Below, one piece after another: positions 49,522 to 59,200 of a DNA stretch of 64,000 nt. Source of the DNA: a virus; the IMG/VR virus record IMGVR_UViG_3300027788_001769, positions 72,769 to 136,768 of that record. The stretch is one strand, 5' to 3'. The notes beneath the pieces were generated by a model. It made no database searches and was not told where the DNA came from. It saw only the letters and a program-made list of their open reading frames with translations. The position numbers were made by a program, and so were the translations under genes. Each line of letters begins with the position of its first letter. The first letter of the stretch is position 1.

Positions 49522-50259
49522 TTAATAAGCAGGGCCAGGGCCTACTTGCCTACATGGTTGTACAGCTCTAATTCTACAATCAGCATCCAATTCTATACAT
49601 TGGGAGTCTTTATCGTTTGAACATTCTGATGCATAGGCTCTGTAATAACCTATAGCTGTTACTGGGTCACAAATACAACCACTAGAAATCCATAAATGGT
49701 CACCTGGTACTAAACTACCAGGTGTTCCATCTGTGTACTTTACGGTACAGGTTTCGTCAGAACATACACCTATACCACCATATACCTCTTCTGGTTGGTC
49801 TATTTCCCCACATCCTGTATATTGGTTATTGTATTGACTGGTATTGATTGTCGCACACTCACTACTATTACATTGTGTAATTGCAACAATAACACCTCCA
49901 GAAACTTGGTAACAGTATTGACAATACTCGTCATTACCACAATTTTGACCAGAATAATAACCGTTAGCTGCTGGTGTACAATTTTGGTCACTGTATAGGG
50001 CTTGTCCTACCACCAAGTTACAACCGGTACAAGGTGGTTTTATTTGTACAGACCAAAAATTTGTACATTCTGCAGCACATGCTATTGTACAGTTTTCTGA
50101 GTTTATGGATAATAAAAAAGGACCACAAGTAAAACAATTTTCAGTCACACAATCTTTAATTACGTCGTCTACGTTATAAGTGTGTGTTTGAGTGACCCCA
50201 TTTACTGTTGATGCACTTGCACAATAGGGAACTCCGTTAATGTTGTATATATCTGCCAT
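49522..50259 (-). CDS. Cys-rich fibre-associated protein
   Basis: 24 Cys in 245 aa; coupled to the fibre gene through TAATG. Confidence 0.7.
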   Translation of the reverse strand: MADIYNINGVPYCASASTVNGVTQTHTYNVDDVIKDCVTENCFTCGPFLLSINSENCTIACAAECTNFWSVQIKPPCTGCNLVVGQALYSDQNCTPAANGYYSGQNCGNDEYCQYCYQVSGGVIVAITQCNSSECATINTSQYNNQYTGCGEIDQPEEVYGGIGVCSDETCTVKYTDGTPGSLVPGDHLWISSGCICDPVTAIGYYRAYASECSNDKDSQCIELDADCRIRAVQPCRQVGPGPAY

Positions 50260-53200
50260 TATGCTATTTTAATAAATGTCCCGTCAGGGTTAAAGTACAC
50301 TAGGTTAGAAGTTTCTGTCATATAACCTACCACCCTAACATAACGATTTGATGCACTAGGTGCTGTTTCTGTTATTTGTCCTGCTGTTTGTGAGACATAT
50401 AAAGGACCCCCAATAGACCAAGTAGTAACCCCGTCAGCTGTAGAGTTTAAAGCTGCAAACCCTCTTATTAGTATACCTAAAGAAGGAGAAGCACCTAACG
50501 AAACACCTAACATATTTCCTTGTTGTGAGGTCTCATCTGCGTCAGCAGGATACCATTTACCATTTCTTAACTGTACTAACATACCTGGAAGATAACCAGG
50601 CCCTGTTGTACCAAACCTAACAATTTCACCCCCAGCGGTACCCGCAGACATGGTGGAGAAAGTATTGTTATCGTGAACAACATCTAAAGTAGTTACTGGT
50701 GTTTGGTACGACGCTGTAAAGTTAGAGTTACTACTTTGCATAAACTCTTTAGAAGCTACTCGTATTTTACCATTAACTTGTGCCGAGTCTAAATAAGTTG
50801 TACTTGGTGTGAATGCCGTCATGTCTACACCACCTAAAATTGCTGAACTGTGTGCAATCGCGTGAGTGGTATGTCCAGAACCACCTAGGATATGACCATA
50901 ATAATGTGAAGCTGTATCCGCTAAGATTAAGTTACCTCTACCGTTTAAGATAGAAGACTGATAACTGTGATTAGTTATTAAACCTGACGCTGGAGATATC
51001 GAGTTATCCCAACCATTTACAATAACTCCTTTTATTCCATTAACTATTGTATTGTTTTCTCCACCACCAATAAGTGACCATTTTTCATTTGATGTTATCC
51101 CAGAAATTAAATTCTTTTCACCACCAACAATTGAGGAGTGTTGACTTCCACCACCGGAACCTGTTACATTACCAGTAATTCTATTGTCACGCCCACCCCC
51201 TATAAAGGTAAACCAGTTTGTAGTACCTTTTACTATTTCGTTTTTAAAACCACCTACGATTGTAGTGTAGGCTAAAGAATCACTAATACTATTATCTGAA
51301 CCACCACCGATGAAACCATAACCAACATCACCTATCTTGTTCGTTGAACCACCAGCTATTACAGATGTGTACCCACTTATGCCATTATATCTTCCACCTC
51401 CAATGTTGTTATAAGAACCTCCAGCACCACCTGCAATGTTGTAACCTGAACTACTAGGGTTGACTGGTAGTTTAGGTATTATATTACCATTTCCTAAGTC
51501 ATACCTATATGGGCTATCAGTAAATTCATTACAAGTATTAGCTGTTAATGTAACACCATCACTAAGTAAGACGTTTAATATACATCCGTTTGTAAACGCT
51601 GACACAGCAAAGGTATCACCAGTCATTTGTACACTATTTGGGTCAGCCCAATAAGCGTCACCAACACTATTGATAGATTTTAATACCCTACCTGCTGCAG
51701 GGTTAGCGAAAGAACCTCTATATGTAAATGCTCTTGTACCATCTGTTGTGTCCGTATCAACATATAGACCTTTAATGTGGGTTGTTTGTGAACGACGTGC
51801 AAACATATCGTTTCCACCCATAACCACAGCTGATTTAAACTCACCTGCTATAGTATTACCAGTACCATTAATGATTACAGAATAGTCAGGGACACCTTCA
51901 GTACCAGGTTGTTTACCAAATGGGAATATTCTATTATCCCTACCATTTAACACACTAGAGTAGGTGGTACCACTAATGTAGTTGTTTTCTCCACCTCCTA
52001 TAAATCCTTGTTCACTTCCTTGCCATAATATATTTTGATAACCACCAACTATAGACGAGTGTAGGTTAATTTCTCCACCTAATCCACTAATGATTTTATT
52101 TCCGTGTCCTGCACCTATAAAGTTTTCTAGTGAACCATTAGTGGTTCCAGATATAGTATTTTGGAATCCTCCCCCAATAAAACTACGTCTACTACGTAAT
52201 ATAGTGTTTTCTTGACCACCAACAATTGAAGCGTCATGAGACTCTGTTAATATTTTATTTTGTTGCCCTGAACCTATAAATGATTTGTCTGAACTTTGTA
52301 CACTATTAGTTGAACCACCAGCAATTGAGGTGTATTTTGAATTCTCTAAATAGTTAGAGAAACCGAACATCCAACTAGCATTATTCTGACCCATTCCAGC
52401 ATCTTCACCGCTTCCTGTCACAGTGTTCATGTAGTTATAATTACCCCCGATTGCTGAATTATAACTAGCACCTGATATAGTGTTTAGGTCACCATTGATT
52501 ATCCCGTTAGATGTTATTTTATTACTAGTAAGTCTATCATCAATACTATACACAATTAAGTTTCCTCTACCACCAGCTATATTGTGGTTTTGACCTTGTA
52601 AAACTCTATTTTTCCAGAAACTAGATTGTGGTGGTAGTTTTGGTCTAATAGATTCATTTGCTGTACCGTACTCGTAAGGACCTTCGGTAAACTGATTACA
52701 AGTATTAGCGGTTAATGTTGTTCCATCACTTACATCTATATACAACGTACATCCACTAGTATAGGCTGAAATTGCATATGTGTCACCAGTTAAATCCACC
52801 CTCGGACCCTCTATGTCAGCCCAAACAGCGTCACCCAAGTTATTCACAGATTTTAAGAACCTACCTGATTGTTCATTTGCCCAAGCACCGTGGTACCTGA
52901 ATTTTCTATGTCCATTATGTGTGTCAGTGTCAACATCTAGACCTTTCATGTATGTAGTTTGTGATAAGGTAGCCTGTATATCTACACCACCTAATATTAC
53001 AGAAGCATCCGCCCAAGCAGATATAGTATTACCTGAACCGTTAAGGATTGTCGGGTATTGTGTTTCTCTATGAACAACCCCCTCACCACCTAACTCGATA
53101 CCACTTATAAAGTTTTGTTTACCATTATGGATAGAAGCGTAAGTAGCTCCACTAATTTGATTTTTAAGTCCGTTCCCGATATGAGAATAGTAAGTTCTAT

Positions 53201-56200
53201 CCCACACTCTATTATCTTCTCCATTTAAAATTGACCCATAGAAATTCCATGACCCACTAACGTTTCCTCTGTGTAGGACCTGGTTGTTAACACCATTACC
53301 AACTAAACCATATTGTCCACCTGTAGTTGTTACCCCAGAAGTTGCATTTAGACGACCATTTAATATGGTATTATGTTTTCCAAAAACTACTGTATTTCTT
53401 AAACCTTGTCCAACGTAACCCATTCTAGTGTCTTTTATAAGATGGAGCGTACCTCCAACAGCTACACCATATTGACCTCCTTCTACTCTATTTGCTACAC
53501 CACCAACAACTGAGGAGTATATTCCTTTGTTAATAAAGTTGTAAGCTCCTCCACCGATATGTGAACCTACAGTACCACCTGTTATCGTATTTAAATCACC
53601 ACCAAGAATTGAGGAGTAGTTAGACCACCCGTATCCTTCGTTCGGACTGGGAACAAAAGTATTTATAACTCCGGTAATTAGATTTCTTTTACCACCACCT
53701 ATATTATTATAGTAACCATTTCTAATATCATTTTCTTGGAATGCTGTTGCTGGTAATTTAGGTACTATAGTACCCCAACCAGTATCGTATCTATAAGGAC
53801 CTTCGGTAAATTCATTACAAGTGTTAGCTGTTAAAACTGTACCATTACTAACTACAACATACATAGTACATCCACTAGTGTAGGCTGAAACTGCGAATGT
53901 ATCACCTGTTAAATCCACATTTCTAGTTTCCTTCCACACAGCGTCACCAGCACTATTGATAGATGTTAATATTCTGTTAGTACCCGGGTTTGCAAATGCA
54001 CCATAATATCTAAATGCACGTGCTCCTTCTGTTGTGTTAGTATTAACATACAAACCTTTCATATGGGTAGTTTGTGACCTAGACGCGGTAATATCTACAC
54101 CACCAATAATTGCCGCTGCTTTCATTGCTCCAGTTATTGTATTACCACTACCATTAACAATTACTGAGTAATTAGGTGTTTGTTCACTTCCCGGTTCTTT
54201 ACCACTCGGGAATATTCTATTTTCTTTACCACCTAAAATTCCAGAATATGTAGAACCTGAAATGTAATTTATATATCCATTTAATATAGTACCATAACTA
54301 CTACCACGCCAGATTCTATTATCACCTCCATTTACTATAGTAGCATGACTAGTAACATCATTCTGATAATGAGAATATATGTGATTGTCCAGACCATTAC
54401 CTATCAAACCATACTGTATCCCTATTGAACGAGAATCACCTGATATTACAGCATCTGTACCATTTTGGATACTACTATTCCAACCGTTACCTATCTTATT
54501 TATGTGTCCACCATCTATATTAGAATATACTGATTTTACCATCGAATTCTTCCACCCTCCTTGTATATTAGAAGCTGTAACATTTTCCATATAACTAATG
54601 TTTCCACCCCCAGCAGAAACGTAACCATTTACCATCAAATTGTAAGAACCACTTAACCAACTATCATTAGTATTACCAGATATGGTATTTGTATTACCAT
54701 TAATAATAGCGTTATTGAATGTTTTAGTTTCTATAACAGGTGGTAAACCAGCTCCAAATAAAATAGTATTGTTTTGCCCCCCAGCTATATTATGGTAGAA
54801 ACCATGTTTATTATCATTACCAACCCCACTTGCTTGTGTCGGGATTACTGGTCTAATAGAATCTACACCAGTAGAATATTCGTAAGGGCTAATAGACCCA
54901 AACTGATTACATGTATTAGCAGTTAATGTTGTTCCATCACTTATGTCTATATACAATGTACATCCACTAGTATAGGCAGAGACAGCAAATGTATCACCCG
55001 TTATTCTAGGTCCACCCATTTGTTGCCAAACAGCATCACCAACACCATTAACACTTGTTAACACTCTACCAAGACCTGGGTTTGCAAATGCACCATAATA
55101 TCTAAATGCACGTGCTCCTTCTGTAGTGTCAGTATTAGCATAAAGTCCTTTCATGTGAGTAGTTTGGGACTTGCTTGAGTTTATATCCACACCACCTAGA
55201 ACGGCTGCACCAACATGAGATAAACTAATTGTATTTCCACTACCATTTAGAATACCTGAATAGTGTGGTACCTCCATCCCCTCTCTAAATGCTTGTGTGA
55301 TTGTATTTCGATAACCACCAACAATAGAAGATTCAGTAACCCCACTTATTCTATTGTCATGACCACCACCTATAAAACTACGTGTACCACCATTCCATAT
55401 TTCATTTCCACGACCACCCACTATTGAAGCTTCTCTATTGTCCGCACCAAATGATGTAATTGTGTTTTGATAACCACCACCAATTACAGCGTACATGAAT
55501 TCACCACTAGTCCCTTGATTGGCTTCAATAACATTTAAATTACCACCACCTATAAACGAGTGTGTTGCTCCAGAGATATAATTGTACCCACCACCAACTA
55601 CACTAGACCATCTAGACCATCTCATTCTATTATTAATTCCAGCCCCAATAAATCCTGCGTCAGAATCAATTATAGAACTATTTTGTCCACCTGCGAGTGT
55701 GGTATGAGAAGAATTTTGTATATAACCATTAGTACCAAACAAATAAACACTATGAGAAGAAGCCTGTTCACCAGCCCCTAAACTAGACCCCCCAACTATA
55801 AGATTATTTCTACCACCTGTAGCACTGTTGTTGGTGTTACCCGATATCGTGTTATTCATACCATTAATAATAGCGTTATTGACTGTTTTAGCGACATTGG
55901 TACTACCTATGTTGGCCCCATATAATATTGTATTTTGTTGACCACCTGCTATGTTGTGATATATTCCGTGTAAATTATCATTACCGACCCCACTTGCTTG
56001 TGTTGGTATGACAGGACGAATCGAGTTTGCTGCTGTGGAATATTCGTAAGGGCTAATAGACCCAAATTCATTACAGGTGTTAGCGGTTAATGTTGTTCCA
56101 TCACTTACATCTATATACAACGTACATCCACTAGTATAGGCTGAAATTGCATATGTATCACCAGTTATTCTAGGTCCGCCCATTTCTTGCCAAACAGCAT

Positions 56201-59200
56201 CACCAGCACCACTAATGTCAGTTAATACTCTACCAACACCTGGACTAGCGAAAGAACCATAATATCTAAATGCTCTTTGTCCTTCGGTTGTATCGGTATC
56301 AACATACAGACCTTTCATATGTGTAGTTTGTGACTTAACAGCACTTATATCTACACCACCAATAATGGCTGCCCCATTATATTCCCATGAAATAGTATTA
56401 CCAGAACCATTAACAATAGCTGAATAGTCAGGAGCGAACATTGGACCTTCTTTAGTACCAGGATGTATCTTGTTGTGTCTACCTGATAAAATAGCTGCGT
56501 TGGTGGTTCCTGAAATATAGTTGTATCCTCCACCTAAAATAACTGAACTAATACTTCCTTGCCATATATTATTTCTTATACCACCCCCTATAAAGGAATA
56601 AACACTAGTAAATTGTGTTTGATAGGTACCACCCCCAGTACTGTAATTACCATCTACTATTAAGTTATCGTAACCAGATGCTATACCCATAGAACTATTA
56701 CTAGTTGAGGTTCTACCGGAAATTACGTTTCCTATACCACCACCTATGACGTTACCCCAACCTTTAATAATGGAATGTGAATTACCACCTAGAATCGCAG
56801 AACGACTAGTATTCCATAAGGTATTGAAATATCCAAATACATTACCATAATTCGAATTACGTACATAATTGTATCCACCATGTGCAATAGATGAGGGAGA
56901 AGCCCCTTCTATAATATTTCTATAACCACCTGCGGTAGCATAACTGGTTTGACCACTAATAATGTTTTGTTGACCATTAATTATGGCGTTACCAAAGGTA
57001 TCCCAATTGGTCCATATTTTATTTTTCGACCCACCAGCGATATTGTTGTATTGGGTGATAATACCATTGTGTCCTGCACGATTTACTATACTTGGATTTG
57101 AAGGTAATTTAGGGACAATGTTTTGATTTACTTCATCATACCTATAAGGGCTATCAGTGAACCCATCACATATGTTAGCGTCGTATACTGTGCCATCAGT
57201 TAATGTAATAAAAAGTGTACATCCACTGGTGTGAGCGGACACTACATAGGTATCACCGGTAAGTGTACCACCAGTGTACCCAATTATTGGGATTCTACTC
57301 CATACCGCATCACCCCCTCCTGTTGAGTCCATTAAAAAGGAACCAAAACCAGGATTAGCATAACCACCTTTATATGTAAATTGTCTATTTCCCTCAGTTG
57401 TGTTAGTATTAACCTCCAACCCTTTCATGTGAGTAGTTTGTGACCTAACAGCACTTATGTTAACACCACCTATAATAGCTGAGGCATTATATTCGTATGA
57501 AATAGTATTACCCGTACCATTAACAATTACCGAGTATTCCGGAGCGTACTTAATAACACCTTCTTTACCGTTAGGGAAAATTCTATTTTCTACACCGTTA
57601 ATGATGGTAGCGTATGTCACCCCAGAAATGTAATTTATATGTCCATTACCTATAAGACCATAACTACTACCACGCCAGATTCTATTACTATCACCATTAA
57701 GTATGGTACCATAATTAGAGGATAACCCCGTAATTCCTTGACTAATGATTTTATTAGTAAGACCACCTAAAATAATTTTACTTCTTAGTGTTTGTGTATC
57801 CGCACTAATTATGTTTCCTTTACCAGCCATAATAGCTGACGCATTTGACCTCCAAATTTGACCATCAGTTCCGGCACCTATAAAATTTCTATCTGAAGAA
57901 TTAATATAGTTTTTTAAACCACCAACTAAAGATTCTGAAGAACCATGTAATATATTCTGACTACCAAATACGTGTGAACTACTTGATTGGGTACCGACTA
58001 CGTTTTTGTATCCACCTACACCCGCATAACTTGTTTGTCCTGAAATGGTGTTTTGAAATCCATTTATGATGGAGTTAGATGTGGTGTCCCAAGAAGTAAA
58101 TATTTTATTTCTTTGACCACCAGCTATGTTATTGTATGTTGTCCATTGAACACCATCACCCGCTTGATTTACAAGTCCTACCGTGTTTGGCAATTTAGGG
58201 ACTATATTATCAACTAGATTGTCATACCTATATGGACTATCAGAGAAACTGTTACACGTATCGGCCGTTAAAGTTGTACCATCACTAACCGTAATATATA
58301 ATGTACATCCACTTGTATAAGCTGAAACTGCGAACGTATCACCTGTAAATGTCGGTCTTCCTGGTATGTCCGACCAAACCGCATTACCCATACCATCCAC
58401 ATCCATTAAGAATTTATTTTGTCCTGGGTTGGCTGCTGCCCCGTGATATTGGAAATATCTTTCACCACCAATCAATGGGTCAGTTAAAGTAGTATTTACA
58501 CTTAAACCATTCATGTACACCGTGTGAGATGTAAGAGACATAATATTTAATCCACCAACAATTGTAGAAGCTCTATGGTTTGATATGTTGTATGCTCCGT
58601 TTAGTACAGTAGCATAATCTGCTCCTACTCTATTAGATAACCCATTAAGTATTGAGTTTCTTGTACCACCACTAATTATATTTTTATCTCCGTTAACAAT
58701 AAGAGAAGAGAAACCTTGATTATTACCGTCTAAGTTTTGAATTTTATTGTGACTACCATTTACAATAGCATTCCACCCATAATTGTCTGGTGGGGAGATG
58801 TCTATCATATTTTTACTACCACCACCTATAAAGGAATAAGGACTACCCGAAATAGTGTTGGCTCTACCCGCCATAATACCAGATAAGTCTGATACAGTAT
58901 CAAAGAAGTTAATGTCTCCTGGTGCACTTGGTAGTACAGGTCTAATTGAGTTAGGTGATTCACCCCATTGGTATGGTCCTAAATCGTTACATATATCTTG
59001 TATAATGGTCGTACCACTATTTGTTGTTAGTACTAGTTGACAACAACCACTTGTTGTTGCACTTACTACGTATTCATCACCTGAACAATCTCTAGTAGAA
59101 GCTGATGTTGTTCCAGGTGCTGGTTTCCACACTGCTGTACCGTCATTATCTATAGATGTTAATACAAAATTTATATTTGAATTGGTGAAGGACCCATGGT

